A DNA stretch of 64,000 nucleotides from Candidatus Marinacidobacterium sp. Lineage in GTDB: Bacteria > Acidobacteriota > Vicinamibacteria > Marinacidobacterales > Marinacidobacteraceae. The notes beneath the pieces are model-generated. The model ran no database searches. It saw nothing but the letters and a program-made list of their open reading frames with translations, and was not told the origin of the DNA. Below are positions 9,345-19,500 of the stretch, piece by piece. Where the stretch lies: positions 2,848,001-2,912,000 of the forward strand of contig OZ242011.1 in the NCBI GenBank assembly GCA_965204755.1. The letters are read 5' to 3'. Within the stretch, counting starts at the first letter, position 1; every line of letters starts with the position of its first letter. Made by a program: the position numbers and the translations under genes.

Positions 9345-10064
9345 TTACCGGAGGGAGAAGGCGCCCGCGCGGAGGTCGGCGACGACCGGTTCGCAGTGGT
9401 CGTTCGCCAGCCACTGCAGGATGCGGCCCCGGAGGCCGCCGCCCACCTCCAGGTCGGGGGCGGCGGTGAGGAGGGCGTCCAGGACCTCCGGGAAACAGTG
9501 GCCGAGCGGCGGGCCGTCGGCGAAGTCGCGGATCGCGCCGCCGCCGGCGGCCGCCCAGAGGGCGTTCGCACCCCGGACTTCGGCGCGCGGGTCGGCGCCG
9601 TGTTCGAGGAGGAGTCGGACGACGCCTTCCATGCCGTACCCCGCCGCCATGAACAGCGGCGTGGCGGCGCTCCGGCTGCGGCGGTTCACATCGGCGCCGG
9701 CCTCGATGAGGGTGGCCGCGGAGGCGCGGTTGCGCCAGTGGATCGCGTGGAGGAGCGGCGTCCAGCCGTTCCTCCGGTCGCGGAGGTCGGGGTCGGCCCC
9801 GGCTTCGAGCAGCCGGCGCACGATCTCCGGGTCCGCGCGCCGGGCGGCGCGATGGATCGGCGCCCATCCGTCGGCGCCGAAGCCGTCCGGGTCCGCGTCC
9901 GCGTGTTCGAGCAGCGCGCCGACGGCGTCGAGGTCGTTCTCGATGACCGCCGCGCCGAGCGCGGTGGGTTCGCCGGGCTCGCCGCAGTGGGAGAGCAGGA
10001 GCGCGGACAGGCCCGCGAGCGCCGCGGTCCGGGCGCGGAGGAATGACGGAGTCAACGGGGTCAT
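9345..10064 (-). CDS. Ankyrin-repeat lipoprotein
   Basis: Lipobox-like LLSHC; repeats [34 protein letters not shown]. Confidence 0.9.
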   Translation of the reverse strand: MTPLTPSFLRARTAALAGLSALLLSHCGEPGEPTALGAAVIENDLDAVGALLEHADADPDGFGADGWAPIHRAARRADPEIVRRLLEAGADPDLRDRRNGWTPLLHAIHWRNRASAATLIEAGADVNRRSRSAATPLFMAAGYGMEGVVRLLLEHGADPRAEVRGANALWAAAGGGAIRDFADGPPLGHCFPEVLDALLTAAPDLEVGGGLRGRILQWLANDHCEPVVADLRAGAFSLR

Positions 10065-10256
10065 GGGTTGCGGAAGGCTTCGCCGGGACCGGCGGCCGGC
10101 GTTCGAATACCGGAACGAAGCGGTTCCTTCGCCGGTTCTCGCGGGCGCCCGGGCTGCGCCGAAAGCGCGGTCGGCGGGGCATTCTCTCCGGCGCGAACCG
10201 CGCGGAATTGCGGGGCGCGGAGATCATGCGCGGGGGTGCTACCGTCCGCCGCCCCG

Positions 10257-12302
10257 GTGCCCTCCCCGCCTCGTTCCCACCCCTCGTCCCGGGCCTTCGA
10301 CGAGGCCGACCACCGGGCGATCGCCGCCCTCCGGGGCATGGCGATAGACGCCGTCGAGCGCGCGAACTCCGGGCATCCCGGCCTGCCGATGGGAGCGGCG
10401 CCGATGGCTTGGGTCCTCTGGAGCCGGCACTTGCGCGTCTGCCCGGCGGATCCCGACTGGCCCGACCGCGACCGCTTCGTGCTCTCCGCCGGTCACGGCT
10501 CGATGCTGCTCTACGGCCTGCTCCACCTGGCCGGCTACCCGGTGAGCCTCGAGGACCTGCGGCGGTTCCGGCAGTTGGGGAGCCGGACGCCGGGCCACCC
10601 GGAGACCTTCGCCACGCCCGGGGTCGAAGCCACGACCGGCCCGCTGGGGCAGGGGGCGGGCAACTCGGTGGGCATGGCCATCGCCGAGCGCGCGCTGCGG
10701 CATCGGTTTCCGGGTCTGTGCGACCACCGGGTGTTCGCGCTGGTCTCGGACGGCGACCTGATGGAAGGGGTCGCCCACGAAGCGGCGTCGCTCGCCGGGC
10801 AGTTGCGGCTGTCGCGGCTCACCTGGCTCTACGACGCGAACGAAGTCACCCTCGACGGGCCGGCCTCGCTCGCCTTTTCGGTGGAGGAAGTGGCGGAGCG
10901 GCACCGGGCGCTCGGCTGGCAGGTCGCGACGGTCGCCGACGGGGACCGCGGGTTGGAGGAGATCGACCGGGCGCTGTCGGCGGCCTGCGCCGAGGAGGAT
11001 CGGCCTTCGTTGATCGTGGTGAGCACCACCATCGGCTACGGCGCCCCGACGAAGGCCGGGAAGTCCGCCGCGCACGGGGCGCCGCTCGGCGGCGAGGAGG
11101 CGGCTGCCGCGAAGCGGGCCCTCGGTCTCGACCCGGAGGCCGAATTCGCCGTTCCCGAAGTCGTGCGGGAGCGGTGCGCGGCGCTCGCCCGCCGGGGCGG
11201 CGAGGCGCGCGCCGCGTGGACGCGGGCGTTGGAGCGGGCCCGGTCGGAAGCGCCCGACCTCGCCGCGGAATTCGAGCGCCGCGTCGCCGGCGACCTCCCC
11301 GAAGGATGGGACGCCGACCTCCCGTCGTTCGGCGCCACCGACCGCCTGGCCACCCGCGAGGCCTCCGGCAAGGTCATGCAGGCCGTCGCCGCCCGGGTTC
11401 CGGAGTTCTTCGGCGGGGACGCCGACCTCTCCTCCTCGACGAAGACGGCGCTCGGCGGTCTCGGCTCGTTCTCGGCGGACGAGCCCGGCGGGCGGAACCT
11501 CCACTACGGGGTGCGGGAGCACGCGATGGGGGCGGCCGCGAACGGCATCGCTTACCACGGCGGCTTCCGCACCTTCGCTTCGACCTTCTTCTGTTTCTCG
11601 GACTACCTGCGCCCTTCGATGCGCCTCGCCGCGCTCTCCGGCCTGCCCACCGTCTATGTGTTCACCCACGACTCGGTGGGCGTCGGCGAGGACGGGCCTA
11701 CCCACCAGCCGGTGGAGCACCTGATGTCGCTGCGGGTGATGCCGAACCTGCAGGTGGTGCGTCCCGCCGACGCCAACGAGACGGTGGAGGCGTGGCGGCA
11801 CGCGCTCTCTCGCGCCGACGGGCCGACGGCGCTGGTGCTGAGCCGCCAGAAACTCCCGGTGGTGGCCACTCCCGGGCAGGCCGCCGGGTTGCGGCGCGGC
11901 GGCTACGCGCTCGCTTCCGGGGGCGGCGAACCCCGGGCCGTGCTGCTCGCCACCGGTTCCGAGGTCGCGGTGGCGCTCGCCGCGGCGGACCTGTTGGCCG
12001 CCGAGGATTGCTCGGTCCGGGTGGTTTCGCTGCCGTGCTGGGAACTCTTCGCGGCGCAGGACGCCGCGTGGCGCGACTCGGTGCTTCCTCCGGGCCTTCC
12101 CCGGGTGGCCGTCGAGGCCGGGGTGACGCTGGGCTGGGAGCGGTTCGTCGGCGCCGGGCCGGTGGTCGGCGTGGACCGCTTCGGGGCGTCGGCGCCGGGG
12201 CCGGAAGTCGCCGCGCACCTGGGTCTCACCGCGGAGGCCGTGGCCGACGCCGTCCGCTCCGCGGTGCGAGAATCCCGGGAGTCGCGATGCCCGAAGCCGT
12301 GA
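10257..12302 (+). CDS. tkt: Transketolase
   Basis: [30 protein letters not shown] (TPP motif), [19 protein letters not shown]; start approximate (GTG 10236 or 10257). Confidence 0.95.
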   Translation: MPSPPRSHPSSRAFDEADHRAIAALRGMAIDAVERANSGHPGLPMGAAPMAWVLWSRHLRVCPADPDWPDRDRFVLSAGHGSMLLYGLLHLAGYPVSLEDLRRFRQLGSRTPGHPETFATPGVEATTGPLGQGAGNSVGMAIAERALRHRFPGLCDHRVFALVSDGDLMEGVAHEAASLAGQLRLSRLTWLYDANEVTLDGPASLAFSVEEVAERHRALGWQVATVADGDRGLEEIDRALSAACAEEDRPSLIVVSTTIGYGAPTKAGKSAAHGAPLGGEEAAAAKRALGLDPEAEFAVPEVVRERCAALARRGGEARAAWTRALERARSEAPDLAAEFERRVAGDLPEGWDADLPSFGATDRLATREASGKVMQAVAARVPEFFGGDADLSSSTKTALGGLGSFSADEPGGRNLHYGVREHAMGAAANGIAYHGGFRTFASTFFCFSDYLRPSMRLAALSGLPTVYVFTHDSVGVGEDGPTHQPVEHLMSLRVMPNLQVVRPADANETVEAWRHALSRADGPTALVLSRQKLPVVATPGQAAGLRRGGYALASGGGEPRAVLLATGSEVAVALAAADLLAAEDCSVRVVSLPCWELFAAQDAAWRDSVLPPGLPRVAVEAGVTLGWERFVGAGPVVGVDRFGASAPGPEVAAHLGLTAEAVADAVRSAVRESRESRCPKP

Positions 12303-13801
12303 GTACCCGAGCCGCCGACGCCGAAACCGCGACCGCGCCGGCGCCCGCCGAATCCGTCGCCGCCGGGTCCGGGCCGCGTTTCCGGTTCCGCAACATCGGC
12401 CCGGTGAAGGACGCCGAACTCGAACTCGGCGACCTTACGATCCTCGCCGGGAAGAACAACACCGGCAAGACCTACATCGCCTACACGCTCTACGGGTTCT
12501 TGAAGAAGTGGCGGGCGATGCCGCAGCCCGAAAGACTGGTCGCGCTGGCGGCGGCGCCCGGCGACCCGGAGGCGAAAGGGAATGCCCGGTCGGCGTCGGC
12601 GCCGTTGCGGCTGCTGTCGCGCGCCGCAGCCGAGGGCGCCGCTCGCCGGGCGATGTCGCCGGACGAACTCCGGAAGCATCGCCTCTCGGCCCTGGCGATC
12701 TTCGGGGAAGAGTTCTCGCGGTTCGATCTCCCCTCGGTGTTCAGCGCTCCGCCCGCCGCCTTCCCCGACTCGGCCTGCGAGTGCTTGCCGGGTGACCTGC
12801 CGGCCGATCGGCTGCGGAGTTTCCCGTTCTCGTCCCCGCAACTCGGCTCGTGGCGGTTCGGGTACGACGGAACCGAGTTGGAACTCGAATGCCTCGCCCC
12901 GGGGCCTTCGCCGGACCCGGTTTCCGTGTCGTCGCTCGCCGATGCCTGGTTGCTGTTCCTGTTTCCGGAACTGCGCCTGGAACCGTTCGCGCTCTCCGAC
13001 GAGAGATTCGGGATTTCGCTGTTCTATCGGGAGTTGGACTTCACCAAGAGCCAATTGATGAGTGTCCTCCAGCAGATCGGGGACAGTCGAGTGAGTGAAG
13101 ATATCTCCCCGTTCCTCGTGCTCGAGCAGGGCGCGAGCCGCTACCCGATGCCCATCAAGGACAACATCACCTTCACCCGGAGTTTGCCCGATCGGGGCTC
13201 GGAGCGGTCGGTTCTCTGGGAGCGGCGGGCGCACAACGAGGTCCGCGATCTCGTGGGCGCCGACTACCGGGTGGACGACCGGGGGGCGATCCGGCTGCGT
13301 TCCAAGGCGCGCGGGGAGCGGCGCTTCGACATACCGCTGCACCTCGCGTCCAGTTCCGCGCGCGGGTTGTCGGACTTCTACTTCTTCCTCAAGCACGCCG
13401 CCGTAGAGGGGCAGTTGCTGCTCGTGGACGAGCCGGAGAGCCATCTCGATGTCGCGAACCAGATTCGCCTGGCCCGCCTCGTGTCGCGGCTGGTGCGTTC
13501 CGGCCTGCGCATCCTGGTCACGACGCATTCCGACTACTTGCTCAAGGAATTCAACAACCTCATCATGCTCCACGGCGCCGGTGAGGATTACCGGGACAGC
13601 AAGGACCTCGACTACTCCCCCGATGATGCGCTCGATCCCGGTCGTGTCCGTGCGTACATCGCCGACAGGGGCCGTTTGTCCCGGTGCGTCATCGACCACT
13701 ACGGCATGAACATGCCGTTCTTCGACAAGACGATCCAGAAGATCAACCGGGCGTCTCACGCCTTGACCACTCGAGTGCGAGTTCGAGGAGGACGTCCGTG
13801 A
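12287..13801 (+). CDS. ABC-type ATPase of the AAA_15/AAA_21 (OLD/AbiEii-like) defence-associated class
   Basis: NIGPV, Walker A GKNNTGKT, Walker [12 protein letters not shown]-loop TTHS; overlaps the tkt stop (alternative GTG at 12299). Confidence 0.85.
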   Translation: MPEAVSTRAADAETATAPAPAESVAAGSGPRFRFRNIGPVKDAELELGDLTILAGKNNTGKTYIAYTLYGFLKKWRAMPQPERLVALAAAPGDPEAKGNARSASAPLRLLSRAAAEGAARRAMSPDELRKHRLSALAIFGEEFSRFDLPSVFSAPPAAFPDSACECLPGDLPADRLRSFPFSSPQLGSWRFGYDGTELELECLAPGPSPDPVSVSSLADAWLLFLFPELRLEPFALSDERFGISLFYRELDFTKSQLMSVLQQIGDSRVSEDISPFLVLEQGASRYPMPIKDNITFTRSLPDRGSERSVLWERRAHNEVRDLVGADYRVDDRGAIRLRSKARGERRFDIPLHLASSSARGLSDFYFFLKHAAVEGQLLLVDEPESHLDVANQIRLARLVSRLVRSGLRILVTTHSDYLLKEFNNLIMLHGAGEDYRDSKDLDYSPDDALDPGRVRAYIADRGRLSRCVIDHYGMNMPFFDKTIQKINRASHALTTRVRVRGGRP

Positions 13802-14376
13802 GCCTGGCGCAGACTCTGAAGAAGGGACTCGGCTCGAAGGTCGTCCAGGACTACGGGCCGAACTCGAAGGTCCTGCTGACCGAGAAGCAGAAGCAGTACA
13901 GCATGACTGTCGAAGTAGACGCGGAAGACTGGCGTGTGACGACGATCAGGATGCCGGAGAGTTGCCATCCGAAGTTCGTTATCGGCAAGGACTGGAAGAT
14001 GCTGTGTGACTATTTCCTGCTCTGCGAGCGCGGCGAAGAGGTGCAGATCCTTCTCGTCGAGTTGAAGCGCACGCTCAACACGGAACATGAGAGCAAGGCC
14101 ATGGAGCAGTTGCGGCGGTCACTGCCGCTCTGGAGTTATCTTCACGCGGCCGCCGCCGTGGAGTCCGAGTCCGGGATATCGGGTGCAGTGAAGGTGCGGT
14201 ACGCCGCGATCTACTTGCAGACGGACGAACGTTTCCCGAAGGAGGAGTCGCCGGTACGCTCGCGCTGCTGGAGGAGAGACTGGCGAGGGATCGGCGTACG
14301 CGGAGTCGTGGCGACGAGTGTGAGTCTCTCGGAGTTGACGGGTGAGCCGCCCCTTGGAAAGGAACCAGTGTCGTGA
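13798..14376 (+). CDS. Putative PD-(D/E)xK nuclease partner of the ATPase
   Basis: RBS GAGGAGGA, GTGA overlap; CDYFLL...LLVELKR motif followed by AMEQL. Confidence 0.55.
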   Translation: MSLAQTLKKGLGSKVVQDYGPNSKVLLTEKQKQYSMTVEVDAEDWRVTTIRMPESCHPKFVIGKDWKMLCDYFLLCERGEEVQILLVELKRTLNTEHESKAMEQLRRSLPLWSYLHAAAAVESESGISGAVKVRYAAIYLQTDERFPKEESPVRSRCWRRDWRGIGVRGVVATSVSLSELTGEPPLGKEPVS

Positions 14377-17270
14377 GCCTCGCGAAGCATCCCTACGCCG
14401 CCTTCCTCCACGAAGTGGAGACCCCGGCGCGGTACGCCGGGGGAGAGCGGTTCTCGGTCGTGAAGGAGTCCGACGAAGGCCTCGTCTCGCGGATGGCGTT
14501 CTGCTTCCCGGATGTTTACGACATCGGGATGAGCCATCTGGGCACCAAGATCCTCTACAAGGTGGTGAACGACCAGCCCGACCTGGCGCTCGAGCGCTGC
14601 TTCTGCCCGTGGCCCGACCTGGAGGCGAAGTTGCGCGAGCGAGAACTTCCGCTCGTGAGTCTGGAGACCCGCCGGCCGCTCCGGGACTTCGACCTGGTGG
14701 GGTTTTCCCTGCAGTACGAACTCACCTTCACGAATGTGCTCACCATGCTCGACCTCGGCGGACTGCCGCTCCGCGCGGCGGAGCGGGGGCCGGAGGATCC
14801 GCTGGTGCTCGCCGGCGGGCCGGTGGCGACGCAGCCCGAGCCCCTCGCGCCGTTCGTGGACGCGTTCCTGATCGGCGATGCCGAGGAGCGTCTGCCGGCG
14901 TTGATGCGGGAACACGCGCGGCTCCGGGAAGCGGGAGTCACCGACCGAGCGGAACTGCTCGCGCGGCTCTCCGCCGGCGGCGGCCTCTACTGCCCGGCGC
15001 TCTACGAACGCGAGGTATGCCCGAGGTCCGGGTTCGCCTTCGTGGCGCGGCCGGCCGCCGGGCGCCCGGCGCCGCTCCCGGTGGAGCGCGCCTTCCTCGA
15101 CGATGTGAACCGCTTCCCGTTCCCCGACGACTCGCCGGTGCCCATCGCCGAAGCGGTCTTCGACCGCACCGCCATCGAAATCGCGCGCGGCTGCACCGAG
15201 GGTTGCCGGTTCTGCCAGGCCGGGATGATCTACCGCCCGGTGCGCGAGCGGGAGCCGAAGGAAATCGTCCGCACCGTGGTGTCCGCGGTGGAGAAGGGCG
15301 GTTACGACGAGGCGGCGCTCACTTCGCTTTCCACCGCCGACTACTCCTGCGTGGCGCCTCTCGTGCGCGAAGTGATGGCGGAACTCGTTCCCCGGCGCGT
15401 CTCGCTGGGCATATCCAGTCTTCGCGCTTACGGCCTCCCCGAGGAAGTGCTCGACGACATCTCGCAGGTGAAGGCCACCGGCCTCACTTTCGCCCCGGAA
15501 GCCGGCTCGCAGCGGATGCGCGATGTCGTGAACAAGAATGTCAGCGAGGAGGACATCTACGAGACCTGCCGGCGGGTGTTCTCGCGCGGCTGGGATCGGG
15601 CGAAGTTGTACTTCATGATCGGCCTCCCGACCGAAGAAGACGAAGATGTGCTCGGCATCGCCGACATGGGCCGGCAGGCCCGCCGCATCGGGGACCGCCT
15701 CGCCGAGCGCCGCGTGCGCATCACGGTGTCCGTCTCGAGTCATGTGCCGAAACCGCATACCCCGTTCCAATGGTGCGCCCAGGACTCGATGGAAGAGATC
15801 GTCCGAAAGCAGGCGATGCTGCGGGAGCGCGCCCGCGCCGACGGCTTCCGGCTCAGGACGCACGACCAGCGGGTCAGTCATCTCGAAGGGATCCTGGCTC
15901 GGGGTGACATCCGGGCGGCCCGGCTGGTCGAGATCGCCTGGCGGAAGGGCGCGCGCTTCGACGGCTGGGACGAACGGTTTCGCTGGGACCTCTGGCGCGA
16001 ATCCCTCGACGAATGGGAGGACGAGACCGGCGTTTCGCGCAGCGAGTGGTTGGGGACGATCCCGGTGGACGGCCGACTGCCTTGGGATCATGTGGATGTG
16101 GGGCTCGCGGAGGGGTTCCTGCTGCGCGAGTACCGGAGGTCGCTGAAGGATCGGAACTCGCCTCCCTGCGGCAAGCCCTTCCCGATGCAGGTGCACCACA
16201 CGAATGCGCGGGACGCCCGCGCCGACGAGCGCAAACTCGTCTGCTACCACTGCGGCGTGGCCTGCGACCTCGGACAGATGCGGGACGAGCGCATCACTTT
16301 CCTCGAGGGTATGGGCGCGGAAGAGCCCCGGTTCGCTCCCGCCGCGGCCGACAGCGAAGTGCAACTGCCGGTCGTGGCCGCCGCCGCGCCGCCGACGAAC
16401 GGCGGACGCCGCCGGCCCCGGCCCCCGGAGCGGGCGGCGCAGGGCGAGCCGGTCCGCTACCGCGCGCACTTCGCCAAGTTCGGCCCGATGGCGCTTCGGG
16501 GTCACGGGGAACTGATCCGCATCGTGCCGCGGATCCTCCGGCGCGCCGGGTTGCCGATCCGGTTCACCGAAGGCTTCTCCCCGCGGCCCCAACTCAGTTT
16601 CGGCCCGGCGCTCCCGCTCGGCATCCAGTCGGCGCGCGAGGTCTGCGAGTTCGCGCTCACCGAGGCGCTCGAGCCCGAGGCGGTGTTGGCCGGCCTCCGG
16701 CGCGCCGCCGAGGAGGGGCTGCGCTTCGACGACCTCGTCCGCCTGCCCCCCGGGGCGCCCCGCCTGTCCCGCTGGATCACCGCGCTCCGTTACGCGGTGC
16801 TGTTGCCGGCGGACGCCGCCCCCGACGAGATCGAGTCGCGTCTCGCCCGCTTCCGCGAGGCCCGCGCCTGGCCGCTCGTGGTGACTCGCCGGGTGAAGAA
16901 GAAGCCCGCCCGCGGCGCCCGCCGGCCGGAGACCGGCCCGGAGCAGCGGGAAACGACGCTCGACCTGGTGGGCCGCGTGGACCAAGCGGGAATCGAACCC
17001 GCCGGCGAGGACGCCGCGCTGCTCGGCTGCGCCGCCGCCCGCCGCACGCTCCGCTTCCGCGTCCGCGCGGACTGGGACGGCCCCTCCCCCCGCCCCGCCG
17101 AGATCGCGCTGTCGCTGGCCGCCTTCGACCCGGTCGGCGTGGAGATCCTCCGCGCGGCCACCGAATCGGCGGGCGAGGATTCCGGCGCATCTTCAGTCGC
17201 AACCCCGTCGCGGGCGGCCGCCACCGCGAAGGACGCTCGCGTCCGCGAGGAGGAAGTTCCGTGTCCGTAG
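14373..17270 (+). CDS. TIGR03960-family B12-binding radical SAM protein fused to a TIGR03936-like domain
   Basis: FCFPDVYDIGMSHLG, EIARGCTEGCRFCQAG (CxxxCxxC), TFAPEAGSQRMR; C-terminal FTEGFSPRPQLSFGPALPLG. Confidence 0.9.
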   Translation: MSLAKHPYAAFLHEVETPARYAGGERFSVVKESDEGLVSRMAFCFPDVYDIGMSHLGTKILYKVVNDQPDLALERCFCPWPDLEAKLRERELPLVSLETRRPLRDFDLVGFSLQYELTFTNVLTMLDLGGLPLRAAERGPEDPLVLAGGPVATQPEPLAPFVDAFLIGDAEERLPALMREHARLREAGVTDRAELLARLSAGGGLYCPALYEREVCPRSGFAFVARPAAGRPAPLPVERAFLDDVNRFPFPDDSPVPIAEAVFDRTAIEIARGCTEGCRFCQAGMIYRPVREREPKEIVRTVVSAVEKGGYDEAALTSLSTADYSCVAPLVREVMAELVPRRVSLGISSLRAYGLPEEVLDDISQVKATGLTFAPEAGSQRMRDVVNKNVSEEDIYETCRRVFSRGWDRAKLYFMIGLPTEEDEDVLGIADMGRQARRIGDRLAERRVRITVSVSSHVPKPHTPFQWCAQDSMEEIVRKQAMLRERARADGFRLRTHDQRVSHLEGILARGDIRAARLVEIAWRKGARFDGWDERFRWDLWRESLDEWEDETGVSRSEWLGTIPVDGRLPWDHVDVGLAEGFLLREYRRSLKDRNSPPCGKPFPMQVHHTNARDARADERKLVCYHCGVACDLGQMRDERITFLEGMGAEEPRFAPAAADSEVQLPVVAAAAPPTNGGRRRPRPPERAAQGEPVRYRAHFAKFGPMALRGHGELIRIVPRILRRAGLPIRFTEGFSPRPQLSFGPALPLGIQSAREVCEFALTEALEPEAVLAGLRRAAEEGLRFDDLVRLPPGAPRLSRWITALRYAVLLPADAAPDEIESRLARFREARAWPLVVTRRVKKKPARGARRPETGPEQRETTLDLVGRVDQAGIEPAGEDAALLGCAAARRTLRFRVRADWDGPSPRPAEIALSLAAFDPVGVEILRAATESAGEDSGASSVATPSRAAATAKDARVREEEVPCP

Positions 17271-18646
17271 CGGCCGCCGCGGCGACCGCGCTCCCGCCGC
17301 CCGACTGCCGAGTGCGGCTGCGCCGCGCTCTCGCGGCGGATCTCGGTTTTCACGGGGCGCCGTCCAACGGGAGGACTCATGCCTGGCATCCCTTCCCCGC
17401 CAAGTTCCCGCCGCAGTTGCCGCGGTTCTTCATCGAGGCGCTGACCTCGCCCGGCGACACGGTCCTCGACCCGATGTGCGGGTCGGGCACGACGCTGGTG
17501 GAGGCCGTCGATTCGGGAAGGCGGGCCATCGGGTGCGACATAGACCCGCTCGCCCGGCTGATCGCGGCGGTGAAATTGACGCCGGTGGACGCCTCCGAGG
17601 TGATTCGCATCGGCGTCGAGGTGCTGTTGGCCGCCCGGAGGCGCGTCCGGGACGACCGCCCAGGGCTCGAGCGCGGTCTCGGCGCCCGATTCGACTCCAA
17701 AACCCGGAAGTTCGTGGACTACTGGTTCCTTCCGGCGCAGCAACTCGAACTGCTGGCGCTGGTGGAAGAGATCGAACGCCTGCCCGACGAGCAGAGCCGC
17801 TCCTTTTTCCGATTGGTCCTGTCATCGACGATCATCGCCAAGTCCGGGGGTGTTTCGCGGGCGCGCGACCTCGCCCATACCCGGCCCCACCGGGTCGAGA
17901 GCAAGACCCCCAAGTCGGCCTTCTCGGAGTTCGAGCAGCGCCTCGCCCGCATCTCCCGCGACGCCGAGGTCGCCGGGTCGCTCCCGGCCGCGGGACGACC
18001 GCCGCCCCGCCCGCCGCGGGCGCGCCCCGCCGAGTCCCCGATCGCCGGCCCTTCTTCGCCGCCCTCGTTCGAAGTGCGCGCCGCCCGGGCGGAACGAACC
18101 GGGCTCGAGTCCGGCAGCGTGGACCTGGTGGTCACTTCACCCCCCTACGCCAACGGCGCCATCGATTACATGCGCGCCCACAAGTTCTCGCTGGTGTGGC
18201 TCGGACTCGAAATCGATGCCCTCACGAGTCTGCGGCGGGAGTATCTCGGCCACGACGCCCAAGCGTCCACTTCCGGCGGCGAACTCCCGGAACACTGCGA
18301 AGCCATCCTGGGACGGCTGTTCGCGCTGGATCGGCGAAAGGCCGGGGTGCTCCGCCGCTACTTCGGCGAAATGGAGGATGTCTTCCGGGAAACCCGCCGA
18401 GTCGTTCGGCAGGACGGCGCCGCGGTCGTCGTCGTCGGCACTTCCGTACTCCGCGGCATCGATGTCGAGACACCGTTCTGCCTCGCCGCCCTGGCGCAAC
18501 GAGTCGGTTTCGATCTCTCCGGCATCGCCGTCCGGCGACTGGACCGGGACCGCAGAATGATGCCGGCGCGATGGAACCGCGCGCCGGAATCCGGAATCGA
18601 ACGCCGCATGCACGAGGAACATGTGATCGGACTGGTTCGAACATGA
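17261..18646 (+). CDS. Amino-DNA methyltransferase, alpha order, SPPY (probable N4-cytosine)
   Basis: HPFPAKFPPQ, LDPMCGSGTT (motif I), VVTSPPY (motif IV); GTG start after RBS GAGGAGGA. Confidence 0.85.
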   Translation: MSVAAAAATALPPPDCRVRLRRALAADLGFHGAPSNGRTHAWHPFPAKFPPQLPRFFIEALTSPGDTVLDPMCGSGTTLVEAVDSGRRAIGCDIDPLARLIAAVKLTPVDASEVIRIGVEVLLAARRRVRDDRPGLERGLGARFDSKTRKFVDYWFLPAQQLELLALVEEIERLPDEQSRSFFRLVLSSTIIAKSGGVSRARDLAHTRPHRVESKTPKSAFSEFEQRLARISRDAEVAGSLPAAGRPPPRPPRARPAESPIAGPSSPPSFEVRAARAERTGLESGSVDLVVTSPPYANGAIDYMRAHKFSLVWLGLEIDALTSLRREYLGHDAQASTSGGELPEHCEAILGRLFALDRRKAGVLRRYFGEMEDVFRETRRVVRQDGAAVVVVGTSVLRGIDVETPFCLAALAQRVGFDLSGIAVRRLDRDRRMMPARWNRAPESGIERRMHEEHVIGLVRT

Positions 18647-19491
18647 GTGCGGACCCGACCATGCGCCGTCTCCGCGAGGAGTATCATCGGCGCATCGCCC
18701 GGGAAGTCCTGCGCGTGAACGACGACGGTGTTCCGAACAATGCGGATCGTGGAAGTGAAACGAGCAAGAGGATCGCGGCGGGGATTCTCGAGGAGGGGAA
18801 GTTGCGACCCGTCGTCGGCACGCTGAAGGGGCAAGAGGCGGGCAGGCTCTTCGAGACGGCGACGAGCGCCTATCTGGAGAAGGCGTTCGCGCTCGTCACC
18901 CATCTTCGCCCCGGGTCATGGGTCTTTTCCGTGGGACGGAACATACGCGATTTCGCCCAATTCCGCCACCTGACGAGAATGCGCGAATTGCTCGACCGAC
19001 ACAGTGAACTGCGCACCATACTCGGCGACTACATCGTGAAACCGGACATCGTCGTGGCCCGGCGTCCGGTCACGGATGAGGAGGTCAACCGGTATCGGCA
19101 ACTCGTCGAGGGAGATGAGGTCGCCTCCGGCACGCCTCTCCGCGAGACGAATTCCTCGGCGCCTCTCCTCCATGCCAGCGTTTCGTGCAAATGGACGATT
19201 CGGAGCGATCGTTCGCAGAACGCCCGTACCGAGGCGTTGAACCTGATCCGGCACCGGAAGGGCAATACGCCCCACATCGTGGTAGTCACGGCCGAGCCGC
19301 TTCCGGGACGGCTCGCCTCGATTGCGCTCGGAACCGGTGATGTGGACTGTGTCTATCACTTCGCCCTGCCGGAGATGCGGTCTGCGGTTACGAGAGATGG
19401 AACCGACAGCGATGCGGAACTGCTCGAGGCGCTCACGAAGGGTGATCGTCTTCGAGATGTGAGCGATCTCCCGTTCGATCTCACGATCTAG
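18643..19491 (+). CDS. NgoMIV-family type II restriction endonuclease
   Basis: PNNAD, GQEAGRLFE, YIVKPDIVV, LHASVSCKWTIRSDRSQNARTEALNLIR; ATGA overlap with the MTase. Confidence 0.9.
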   Translation: MSADPTMRRLREEYHRRIAREVLRVNDDGVPNNADRGSETSKRIAAGILEEGKLRPVVGTLKGQEAGRLFETATSAYLEKAFALVTHLRPGSWVFSVGRNIRDFAQFRHLTRMRELLDRHSELRTILGDYIVKPDIVVARRPVTDEEVNRYRQLVEGDEVASGTPLRETNSSAPLLHASVSCKWTIRSDRSQNARTEALNLIRHRKGNTPHIVVVTAEPLPGRLASIALGTGDVDCVYHFALPEMRSAVTRDGTDSDAELLEALTKGDRLRDVSDLPFDLTI

Positions 19492-19500
19492 GAGAAGAAG

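Noticed and set aside
10043-12286. Long N-terminal extension of the ABC-ATPase ORF (1252 aa)
   Set aside because: Arg/Gly/Pro-rich alternative frame overlapping tkt; the real start is at 12287 or 12299.
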